Assembly: GCA_918797485.1 (NCBI GenBank)
Contig: CAKKNE010000003.1
Span: 3,534,001 to 3,598,000 of the forward strand
From: Pelagomonas calceolata
Taxonomy: Eukaryota
Direction of reading: 5' to 3'
DNA length: 64,000 nucleotides
Below, piece after piece: positions 54,695 through 64,000 of this stretch. Positions within the stretch are counted from its first letter, which is position 1. Every line of letters begins with the position of its first letter. Both the position numbers and the translations under genes were made by a program. The notes beneath the pieces are model-generated. The model had not been told where the DNA came from, did no database searches, and saw only the letters and a list, made by a program, of their open reading frames with translations.

Positions 54695-56320
54695 ATGGGC
54701 TTCGGCGCCGGCGACATCAAGGACAAGTTCCGGACCTACGACGGCGACGCCGACAAAAGGTTGAGAAAAAAATTAGAGAAAAGCGGCAAGTTCGACGAGT
54801 CCTTCAAAACGCCCGTACGCATCTCGGCGTCCCGTCGTGTGGAGGTGCCTTCACTTCACTGATACGACTCGTATCTAACACACGATGACGTGGGTGGTTT
54901 CTTTTTCGAATTTGAGCGCGTTTCGGGCGAGATCGCGACCCGTCACACACAGGTACGAATAGAAAAAATAAATGTCGAGGTCATGGGCCGCTGGGTGTCT
55001 GAAAGACTAGCGGAGTTATTGGGCTTCGAGGACGACGTGCTGTCCGAACTCGTGATGAACATGTGCGTTCTCGGCGTCCCGTTGATGCCAATTCATGAAG
55101 ATCGCGGTGCTGCGGCGCCGTCACGCCGTCGACGCGACTCGTGTCCATCAGACGAGGTCGTGGGTGGTCTCTTTTTCGATTTTGGGGCCGTTTGGACCGA
55201 TTTGACGGAAATGCTCCGCGCAGGCTCGCGCAGACGCGCGACGCGAAGACGGGCCAGGACAAGCGCGTCGACCCCCAACAATTGCAGGTCCAGCTCACGG
55301 GATTCTTGAATAAGCAGGCCCAGCCCTTCGTGGCGGAGCTCTGGAAACTGCTGCTGGACGCCCAGGATTCTCCTCACGGCATTCCGCGGGCCTTCGTGGA
55401 ACGAAAAAAGAAGGAGCTCGTGGCGCGGCGGGAGGGCGGCGAGCGCGACCGCGGCGGCTTTTCCAAGCGCGACGACGGGCGCGGCGACGACAAGCGCGGC
55501 GACCGCCGCGCGCGGAGCCGGAGTCGGAGTCGGGAGCGCGGCGGCGGCGGCCGCGACCGCGAGGCCGCGCAACGGAGCGTCGTGCGCGCGGCATCAAACC
55601 GCGGCCGGAGCCGGAGCCGGAGCCGCGAGCGCAGCCGGCGGGGCGCGTCGTCGCCGGAGCGGCGGCCACGCAAGCGCAGCGGCTTTTCCTCGGCTCCGGC
55701 GGCCCCGGCGCCCGCGCCCGCGCCCGCGCCCGCGAAGGAGGAGTCACCACCCGCGTGGAACTCAACCAGAGGGCCTTCGACCACCTCTACGCCATCGAGC
55801 GGGCGCTTGACCGTCGATCGCTCCCCACAGGCCGCCGCCGGGCAAGCCCGCCTTACCCGCGCCCTGGCGCTGGAAGGAGTCGCGAAGCACGCCGGGCGAC
55901 TACTACTGCATTAATGAAAAGACGGGGGAAAGACGGTGGCAGGCGCCCTCTGAATCAAAGCCCAAGAGGAGTGACGACAAAATTACGGTCGTCCACTGTT
56001 TGCTCAAGCACGCCGATTCTCGACGACCGGCGTCGCACCGCACTCCGAAAATTTCCCTCGCGAAAAGCGACGCGCGCGCCGAGGCCGACGCGCTCCGAAA
56101 ACGCGTCGCCGCGTCATCAGACATGGAGGCCGCGCTGGCCGACGAAGCCTCGAAACGCTCGGACTGCCCCTCATCAACCAATGGGGGCCGGCTCAAGCCC
56201 TTCCAGCGCGGGGATTTAGAACGCGCTTTTGAAGCCGCCGCGTTCCGGCTGGCCGTCGGCGAGCTGTCTCCAGTAATAGAGACGGCGGCGGGGTTCCACG
56301 TCGTGCTGCGTAAGTCCTGA
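54695..56320 (+). CDS. PWI + RS-rich + WW + parvulin PPIase fusion (SRRM1-like/Pin1-like); exons 54695-54814, 54953-55062, 55224-55742, 55831-56320
   Basis: PWI: VMGRWVSERLAELLGFEDDVL..LQVQLTGFL..FVAELWKLLLDAQDSPHGIP. WW: LPAPWRWKESRSTPGDYYCINEKTGERRWQAP. PPIase: HCLLKHADSRRPAS..SDCPS..GGRL..FEAAAFRL..SPVIETAAGFHVVLR. All three introns are GT-AG and keep the frame. Confidence 0.8.
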
Positions 56321-56460
56321 TGTAGTCGTCGCGGGCGCCTGCTCGATGGCGTGCAGCGCCGGCGTGCGGGGCGCGCCCGTTTTCTTCGCAGAGCGTCTGG
56401 GAAAGGGGCTGCATTTTTGCAGCTACATTACCACTAGCAATCGAAATTACGTGTTGAATC

Positions 56461-57542
56461 ATGTCTCCTATCATCGCCTGCGCTGTGCTGTTGACGGGCG
56501 CGTCGTCGCTGCGCGTGGCGCCGACCATGGTGCTCCAGCCGCGCCGGGACCTGCTGGCGGGCGGCGCCGCTGCCGCCGCGTCGAGCTTACTCGTGCCCGA
56601 AGCCATCGCGAAGAAGCCGCTCTGCCTCCCGGGCACGAATTCCGCCAAGGCGCTGGGAGGCCCGGGCTACACGATCGGCATCCTCGCGCGCGGCCCGTGT
56701 CGCATCGGTCGCCGACTTACTCACGGTTCGATCCACGCAGGAGCACGATACTCCGAGCTTCAAGGCGTGGCACAAGGTCATCGAGGGCATCGGGAGCGAC
56801 CTGCTGTCCGTCTACCCGCCGGAGTGCAAGGTCGTCGACGAGTTCTTCATCAAGACGACGGCGGGCAAGCCCAACGGCCAGGACGCGGTGCTCGCCGGGC
56901 TCGTGCCGCCGCCGCGTCGAAGTCGACGGCGCCTCGCCTCGACGCTTTCGACGCGACGCTGAGGTTCTGTTCACTCCAGGTCTTCGAGACGAGCGGCCTC
57001 AAGGCCGTGAAGAAGTTCCTCGGCGAGGGCAAGTCGCCCATCTTCGAGCAGGGCCGCAGGGACGGCTGGCTCACGGGAAAGTGGCGCGAGAACTACTTCG
57101 CCTGCGCCGACTTCCGGGGCCCGACGCCCGGCCCGCCGCCCCAGTTCCAAAAAGGGTGGGGCATCTGCTTCGGCGCGCACGGCCTCGGCGTGCCCTACAA
57201 GGATTGGCTGAAGGTCTTCGGCTCGCCCGAGGTCGATGCGTTACATGAATCCTTGAACATCCAGTACAGCGTCTGCGGGCCGATCAACGGCAAGGTGTCC
57301 ACCGACCTCAGCGGGGGCGGCGTCGGCGTGCTCCACGTCACGAAATCATTCAAAGACACGGCGCGCTTCGACGCCGCGCGTGCCCGTGTCCCGTACATAC
57401 GCCATCGACGCGACCGTTAAACCGCGCAGGCCTTCAACGAGATCAAGCCCAAGATCAGCCGAGCCGCTTCGTCTACGGCGAGGTCATGAACACCTCCGAC
57501 GACTTCATCAAGGCCGGGTCCGTCGTCGACCTCAAGGCCTGA
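56461..57542 (+). CDS. Putative plastid/thylakoid-lumen protein with three short introns (56686-56740 GC-AG, 56903-56979, 57376 or 57380-57429)
   Basis: Signal peptide then twin-Arg PRRDLLAGGAAAAA..AIA. Exons inferred from GC3 bias; the last-exon frame is ambiguous. Confidence 0.55.
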
Positions 57543-57610
57543 GTATCATTCCCCACGCTTCACTCCTTCCGATCGATGATCCGAGGTCCTAACCTTATTC
57601 ATTCTACTAC

Positions 57611-60062
57611 TTACCCCCCCATGTACTCCGCGCCCATGAGCGCCCCGACGACCATGTCGTCCACACTTGGAGAAGGAGTATCCTCCAAATACGACGGCAC
57701 CTCCGCGAGCCGCAGCACGGGGTCGGGCAGTTCCGCAGCACACTCGTCATCTTCATCGTCCGACACGCAGGGCCTGAAAAGTAAATCCGACGCGGTCCCG
57801 AAGTTCCACCTCGCTAGGGCTTCCGCGGGATCCGCAGGATAGCGACCGTCGTCCAAGAGCCTCAAACATCGCCTCTTGACGTCGAACACTAACGGCAAGC
57901 CCGTCGGGATCTCCACCTCCGCGATTCGTTCGGACGGGATATCGCACAAGTGCATCAGCAGACCCCTGATGGCGTTTTCTGACGAGGACACGAGCACTGA
58001 TTTTCGCTGCTCAACAACTCTCGGATAAATTTCATCGGTAAAGAACGGTATAGTCCTATCCATGCAGTCCTTGAGGGACTCGGCCTTTGGTATTTTTCTC
58101 GCGAGTACGAGTGAGCCAGATGCTAATGAGCGAACTAACGACTCGCGAAACGAGTATCTGACATCTGTGAGATAGCGCACGTAGCGCTCGTCGTTGCCCG
58201 GGTAGGACGGCGAGAAGGACGACGCCGCCGGCGGCCGCGTCGTGTAGCCGCGCCTGCGTCGATGGCGTATGGGCTCGCGTCGACGCCCTCGCCGCGCGTC
58301 GCGTCCCTTCTCGTGGTCACGACGGCGGCAACTCTCTCACGAGGCGCGTAGGCTCTCTCGCGGCCACGTCGACGGCGTCGAGGCGACGTGGCATTGTGTG
58401 GACGCCGTTTGAACACCGCCACTGCTTGAACCGGGCCTCGCCGTGCTCGCCCAGGATCGCCTTTTTTGATAACCCCGTGAGCGCGCCGTACATCCTCTCA
58501 TTCAACCGCCAGCTCTTGATGATCGGCACCCAGAGCGCGTCGAGCTCCTGCAAGGCGAGCCAGGCCGTCTCGATGGCCCGCGAGAGCCACGAGGTATAAA
58601 CTGCATCAACGGCAAACCCGTGCGCGCGCAGCAACTGGCCCGCGCGCTTCGCCTCGGCGATGCCTTCTTTTGCCAAAGACGCGTCCTCCCAGCCCGTAAA
58701 TAATCCTAATTTGTTGTGCTCCGTGCGCCCGTGGCGCAGGATGACGATCGCGTCACTTGCCGCGAACGCCGCGGGCTGGCACGTCGACTGCTTCGGTATC
58801 CTCGTCACGACTCTTTCTGCGGGGAGGCCCATGTACAAGGCGTCCACCGCCGGAGCCTTCTTCTCGCGAGAACGTTCCACGGCCCGTTCCAACCGACTCG
58901 GATCCGCCGCGAGGTCAATTAATTTTCGCTCGAGCTCCAGCTTCGCGAGGGCGCGCACGGCGGGCTGGTCCGTCTGTCTCAAGTGGCCGGGGACGCGCCT
59001 TACGAGCTCCGCCTCCGCTTCGAGGGCTGCCCGCAACAACCCGCGCTCCTCCAAAAAAGCCCCGGACACATGGGCACTGACACTCTGCTCGGTCCGATGC
59101 GGGATCAAATCGCCGGACGGAAACCGGTCGAACGAATAGACGAGGGGGATGCCGTTCGGTATCGACACGTCGACGATGGCCTCGTCAGAGACACCGTCGA
59201 CGTGCTTCACGAGCCCCCGCAGCGAATTGCCGTGGGCCACGACCAAGACAGTTTTTCCTGATCTCAGATCGGGCTCGATGCGCTCGCGCCACAGCGGCAG
59301 CGCGCGCTGCATCGTGTCCTCGAGGGACTCGGTGCGCGGCGTCGACTCGAGGTCCGCGTAGTTTCTGTCTGAAGACACATCTAAAGGGTGGTTCGAGGGC
59401 ATGGGCGGCGGCCGGTCCCTGAGGCCGTGGCGCCAGGCCTGGACCCTCGCCTCGCCGAGCTCCTCGGCCAATCGAGGTTTGCTGAGGCCCGTCAGGCCGC
59501 CTGCGTTGGCGTCGCGGTCGCGTCGACGGCGTCACGGTGACGTGAGACCACGAAGACGCCATCGACGCGACGATCGAACTTCAAGGACACTGCAACTACC
59601 GTAATGACGTTCATTGAGCCGCCAGCTCTTGAAGACCGGCCGGTAGACCGCATCCAGGCCCTTGAGCAGGATCCAGCTCGAACGGATCGCTCGTCGCAAG
59701 CGCGACGTGTAGCAGACGTCCACCGAAATACCCGCTTCCAATAATAAACGGGAAGCATGTTCGACCTCCCTCTCACCTCGCTCCGACAAGTCCACGTCCG
59801 TCCAGCCCGTGAACGTGGCGTTGCGGTTCCATGTGGACTCGCCGTGCCTTACGAGCACCAATTTTCCGGGTTTCGGCGGTCGCAACAAGTCGCGCGCCCA
59901 CGCGACGCTGAAGCGCTTCTCGCGGTGGCCCTCGAGCAACTTGTATCCATCATCTTCCGTGAATGTGTTCTTCTCGTTGAGGAAGGGGGTTGGTCTCCTA
60001 AAGATGTGGTTGACCTGGAGGGCGTGGGCGGCTGCGAGCAGGAGGGCTGTGGTGACATGCAT
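57611..60062 (-). CDS. Tandem two-domain cofactor-dependent phosphoglycerate mutase (gpmA-type) with N-terminal signal peptide; introns 59501-59599 and 58254-58416
   Basis: Two RHG motifs (LVRHGES, ILRHGRT), twice SWRLNER.YG.LTGLSK, and VAHGNSLR versus SSENAIR. Confidence 0.88.
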
Positions 60063-60597
60063 GGCTCTCGGTGGCCGCGTCGGCGGCTCGTCGGAGTGCG
60101 CAGGGATGGAGTGACTGCTCCGAGGGTGCCGGACGTGCGTTTCAAACACGCCGGGAGCTGATACGGAGGCCGCACGGCTCCCGAGAATAGCAGCTTTTGA
60201 AAGGCGGCTTGGGTTGCCGGCGTCGGCGGCTGGCGCAGCCGGTCAAAAGCGATTCTACGCGAACCGAATTGGCGCTCGGCAGTCCAGAGCGACGCGTACG
60301 CGCGCGTGGCGTCGGCAAGAGCCGCGTTTTGCCTAATGTTGCTAAAAAAAGCTCAGAGTTTTGGTAAAGCGCTTAAAACGGGTTCAAAATCGCGGAAAGC
60401 ACGGCAGTGGTCTAGTTCGGTTCCAAAAGACACCCGACGCCAGGAGAGAGGTCTGCGGAGGCCAAAAAAAAGAGGGCCTTTGGCCTCGATTCGCGCCTGC
60501 GCTGGTGTCGCAATTCCACGTGAAATAGGGCACTTGGGAACGACGCATATCCTGCAAAATGCCTAGTGTGCGTCGTCGACGGCCACACAACAACGCC

Positions 60598-61842
60598 ATG
60601 CGACGAACCGCGCTCATCGCGCTCGTGACGAGCTCGGCCCAGGGCTGGCTCGCGAACAGCCGCTCCGCGCGCGCGCCGGCGGCGCTGCGACCACACGATG
60701 TAAAGGGACCCCAGCGACGGCGCCGCGGCGTCGTCCTCGCCGCGACGCCCTCGAAGTCCTGGCAGCGCGGCAACGCTTTGAGTTACGCCAGTGGAGACGT
60801 CTACGCCAAACATGGCTTGGAAGCGGTCCTCTCCCACCCTCTACTCACGAAGGAGGAGGAGTTCGAACTCGGGAGCAAGGTCCAGAAGCTCTCGGCCATC
60901 GAGTCCACTCGTAAATCTCTACGAGAGAACGCTACGGACGCGAGCGACGACAGTGTAGCGAAATTACTGGGCTACGTCGACCCCATCGACATCTTCCGGG
61001 CCGAGGTCGCGGGACGGGACGCGAGGGAACACATGATTCTCAGTAATATGAGATTGGTCGTTTCCACGGCGAGGCGGGCCCAAGCTAGACTGCCACGAGC
61101 CACACAATTGGCGGTAGACAGAGATGGGGGCGCCCAGGCCCTCGAGGACCTCGTGGCCGAGGGGACGCTGGGCCTGGCCACCGCAGTTGATAGGTACGAC
61201 CCAGGCCGCGGGTTTCGGTTCAGTACGTATGCGGTCTGGTGGGTTAGACAAGCGATTCAAAAAGCTTCGAGGAAAAGACAAATAGTAGCCGTCCCGCGCC
61301 ACGTCCAGGAGCTCGGCAAGCAGTGCGAAAATGCCACGCGCGAATTGAGAGACATGCTCGGACGTTCACCGTCGGTCGACGAGCTCGCGGCGTTCCTCGA
61401 CTTGAAGCCGAAGCAGGTCGAGCGGGCCACGCGGTCCGGCCTGGCGACGCTGTCGCTGGACGTGCCTCTCGGTCGCAGTAAAACGGCAAAAGGTTCGGGT
61501 GCTGGCGACGGCGGCGACGCCGCGTCGCTCGCCGATTTATTGGAGGCGCCCGAGGTCCAGCCCTACGCGTCCGCATCCTTCCACGAGCTGCGGGACGCGA
61601 TTGACGTCGCGATGAAGCGGTCTCTGGATAATTCGGAACGGGACGTCTTGCGACTCCGGTTAGGATTGGACGACGGGAACTCGCGCACGCGGCCCCAAGT
61701 CGGTGCGATCATGGGCCTCGATACGCGGCGCGTGCGGGGCATCGAGCAAGGGGCGTTGACCAAGCTCCGGAAAGGCCCTTCGTCGCTGGAAATGTATCTG
61801 CCCAAAGACGGGGGGAGGGGCGGGCCGCCCCCCGAGTTCTAG
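60598..61842 (+). CDS. Nucleus-encoded plastid RNA polymerase sigma-70 factor
   Basis: Signal/transit peptide; LLTKEEEFELG, NMRLVVSTA, DLVAEG, FRFSTYAVWWVRQAI, SLDVP, RLRLGL..RVRGIE..ALTKLR. Confidence 0.9.
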   Translation: MRRTALIALVTSSAQGWLANSRSARAPAALRPHDVKGPQRRRRGVVLAATPSKSWQRGNALSYASGDVYAKHGLEAVLSHPLLTKEEEFELGSKVQKLSAIESTRKSLRENATDASDDSVAKLLGYVDPIDIFRAEVAGRDAREHMILSNMRLVVSTARRAQARLPRATQLAVDRDGGAQALEDLVAEGTLGLATAVDRYDPGRGFRFSTYAVWWVRQAIQKASRKRQIVAVPRHVQELGKQCENATRELRDMLGRSPSVDELAAFLDLKPKQVERATRSGLATLSLDVPLGRSKTAKGSGAGDGGDAASLADLLEAPEVQPYASASFHELRDAIDVAMKRSLDNSERDVLRLRLGLDDGNSRTRPQVGAIMGLDTRRVRGIEQGALTKLRKGPSSLEMYLPKDGGRGGPPPEF

Positions 61843-62664
61843 TTCAAGTCTAATATTTTCCGATTCGTATTACTTCGCGTCGAGGGCGTCGAGGGTCCTT
61901 TTGCCGCGCCGGCGGCCGCGGTCGGGCCCCGGCCGCGGTTCCGCCTCACGCCGTCGCCCGAGCGGGAGGCCGGTGGGCCCTACGAGACTGGAAGCCCTCT
62001 CGCGCTCTCGGAGAGTGCTCCATTCCATCCTTAGGACGGGCCGCGCGGGCCGCGCGGGCCAGTGGGCGGCACGCGCGCGACGTGCGCTTCGCTGGGGCTC
62101 CTACGGACGAATGCGCGTTGCCCTCGACGGCTCCTCCGAGGCGTGCGTCGATCGCGCAGATACTAGGACATACTAGCCTCGCCCTTGTGAGCGAGCAGTG
62201 GTGCATAAAAGCAGCTAATAGAGGTCCTTAGCCGTGTCTGAATGCGATAAGCTGTGGCGAGTAGAGAGCTGAAGCTGGGATCGGCCGAGATTTGCAAAAA
62301 GAGCGGCGCGCGGCGACCATGTGGCGAGCACAAGGCGGCCTCGCGTGCAGCTCACTTTGGCGCCGCGCGGGACGCTACGGCCCTGCGCGGAGCGAAAGGG
62401 TGGCACCAGCGGCACGCCGGCGCGCCAGCACACACACGAACAACTGATGCGGGACCCACGGACGGACGGAGACGCGGCGCGGCGCCGGCGGGCGGGCCCG
62501 CGCCCGTCCCTCGCCTGGCCGCCCCGCTCCGTCGCCGCGTGCCGATGCCGACGATGCGAGACGCACCGCAAGACGGGGGGAGAGAGCACAACGTCGTACA
62601 GAGACCGTAACCCCTCCGTCGCCACGCAGGTAGACACACAGACGAGACAGGACCCGACATAGCC

Positions 62665-63096
62665 ATGTCGGCGATCCAGTCCGTCCAGGTCTTCGGCCGC
62701 AAGAAGGCGGCGACGGCCGTGGCCTACTGCAAGCAGGGCCGCGGTTTAATTAAAGTGAACGGGTGCCCGATCGAGCTTTTGGAGCCGGAGATTTTGCGGC
62801 TCAAGACCTTCGAGCCCGTGCTACTGCTCGGCCAGACGCGCTTCGCGAACGTCGACATCCGGATCAGAGTGAAGGGCGGCGGCTTCACGGCCCAAATTTA
62901 TGCCATTCGCCAGGCGATCGCGAAGAGCCTCGTCGCGTACTACCAAAAATACGTCGACGAGGCGTCGAAGACGGAGATCCGGGACATCCTCATGCAGTAC
63001 GACCGCACGCTGCTGGTCGCGGATCCGCGCCGGTGCGAGTCGAAGAAGTTCGGCGGGCCGAGCGCGCGCGCGCGCTACCAGAAGTCGTACCGCTAG
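62665..63096 (+). CDS. RPS16: 40S ribosomal protein S16 (uS9)
   Basis: [14 protein letters not shown]...[24 protein letters not shown]. Confidence 0.98.
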   Translation: MSAIQSVQVFGRKKAATAVAYCKQGRGLIKVNGCPIELLEPEILRLKTFEPVLLLGQTRFANVDIRIRVKGGGFTAQIYAIRQAIAKSLVAYYQKYVDEASKTEIRDILMQYDRTLLVADPRRCESKKFGGPSARARYQKSYR

Positions 63097-63125
63097 GCTG
63101 TGGGCGTAACTAGTGTCTCTTAAAC

Positions 63126-64000
63126 CTATCGCGGCGATGGCGTCATCGCGGCGAACGCCTCAGTGATGGAGCCCACGTCCGAGTCGCGAGCGCTCAGCGT
63201 AGCTCGCGACGCTCGCAGTTGGCGCTCAATCACTGTTGTGAGCGGGTGCGCGCCACCGAGCACGCGCCGCGCGGTCCGTGCCGTCTCTTCAAGCGTCGTC
63301 ACAGCTCCGCGGAGATCGTCGAGCGTGGAGCCGGTGTCAAAACAGATCGACGCCGCATAACCAAATCTCATCTTGAGCGTGATGTCATGATTATCTCCGA
63401 GAACGCGTCGCGCCACAGGAGTTATTCGGCGCAGCAACGTCTTGGCTTCTTCGAAGTGCTGTAGTTGGACAAGGGACGTCGCATAGTTGTTGGCCGCTAG
63501 GAGGGTTTGCAGATGCTCCTCGCCGTGTAACCTTAAACGCCCGGAGTATACGTCTCGCCGTATGCGCAGGCACTCTTCTACCCGTCCAACCGCTTCATAC
63601 GAGCTCGCAAGATTGCTCTGACCGGCGAGCATGTCATCTTCTGGTGAACCAATTCGCCGCAGCATAGACAATATGGCCTCTCTTACGGACAACGCCTCAT
63701 AATTTCCTGCTTCGTGTAAACCATTCCCAAGCTGGTCCATCGCGACTAACCGAACCTGGTCCGTCTCCGAAAGCCCCAAGTACGTCTTCCAGCACGCCCA
63801 CCCGAGCGCGCACGCCACGACGCCGTGGTACTCTTGCTCGCATAGACTACACGTGTTCCACCGCGCCCACCTCTCGTCCAATTTGTCGTCCAAATGGTTC
63901 TCCTCGGCCTCCGCGACCAAAATCTTCGCCTGCTCCGCCAGGCACGACACGTGCACGAAGCCCGCCGTCCCGCGACAGGAACAACCGCGCACGAGGCCCT
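63126..64000 (-). CDS. RINGv + TPR protein (paralog 5; 5' end outside the window)
   Basis: EGLVRGCSCRGTAGFVHVSCL..CSLCEQEYHGVVACALGWACWKTY followed by TPRs. Confidence 0.85.
   Translation of the reverse strand, partial: GLVRGCSCRGTAGFVHVSCLAEQAKILVAEAEENHLDDKLDERWARWNTCSLCEQEYHGVVACALGWACWKTYLGLSETDQVRLVAMDQLGNGLHEAGNYEALSVREAILSMLRRIGSPEDDMLAGQSNLASSYEAVGRVEECLRIRRDVYSGRLRLHGEEHLQTLLAANNYATSLVQLQHFEEAKTLLRRITPVARRVLGDNHDITLKMRFGYAASICFDTGSTLDDLRGAVTTLEETARTARRVLGGAHPLTTVIERQLRASRATLSARDSDVGSITEAFAAMTPSPR

Noticed and set aside
60559..61842. Bacterial contamination suggested by sigma-70 (and amiE)
   Set aside because: The sigma factor has an N-terminal targeting peptide, amiE has spliceosomal introns, and both are embedded among eukaryotic genes.
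62440..62629. Possible 5'-UTR intron of RPS16 ending CCACGCAG
   Set aside because: An acceptor-like site is present, but no donor can be fixed without transcript data.

Overview
GC-rich, gene-dense eukaryotic nuclear DNA. Gene content (nuclear-encoded plastid sigma-70, OSCP1, PACRG-like, RPS8/RPS16) and intron style point to a photosynthetic stramenopile, probably a pelagophyte such as Pelagomonas (inference, not verified). About 30 genes can be reconstructed, several only after manual splicing. Four things stand out. (1) Most long introns belong to two repeated families: family A has terminal inverted repeats, GT-starting target-site duplications, both orientations and one apparently intergenic copy, as expected of Introner DNA transposons. 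(2) A spliced gene fuses an SRRM1/SRm160-like PWI+RS region to a complete Pin1-like WW+parvulin module and sits head-to-head with CPSF1. (3) A ~15 kb accessory island (10.5-26.1 kb) is bounded by 147-bp telomere-like direct repeats and by TTAA-flanked ~29-bp inverted repeats. It carries a secreted ART-toxin-like gene, a BspA/DUF285 surface protein, a giant FAD-oxidase/methyltransferase fusion and frameshifted genes. (4) Five dispersed, intronless MYND-RINGv-TPR paralogs have conserved N-termini and variable TPR tails. A bacterial-type aliphatic amidase (amiE) carrying two introner introns is also present. All family calls come from motif recognition by eye; no searches were run.
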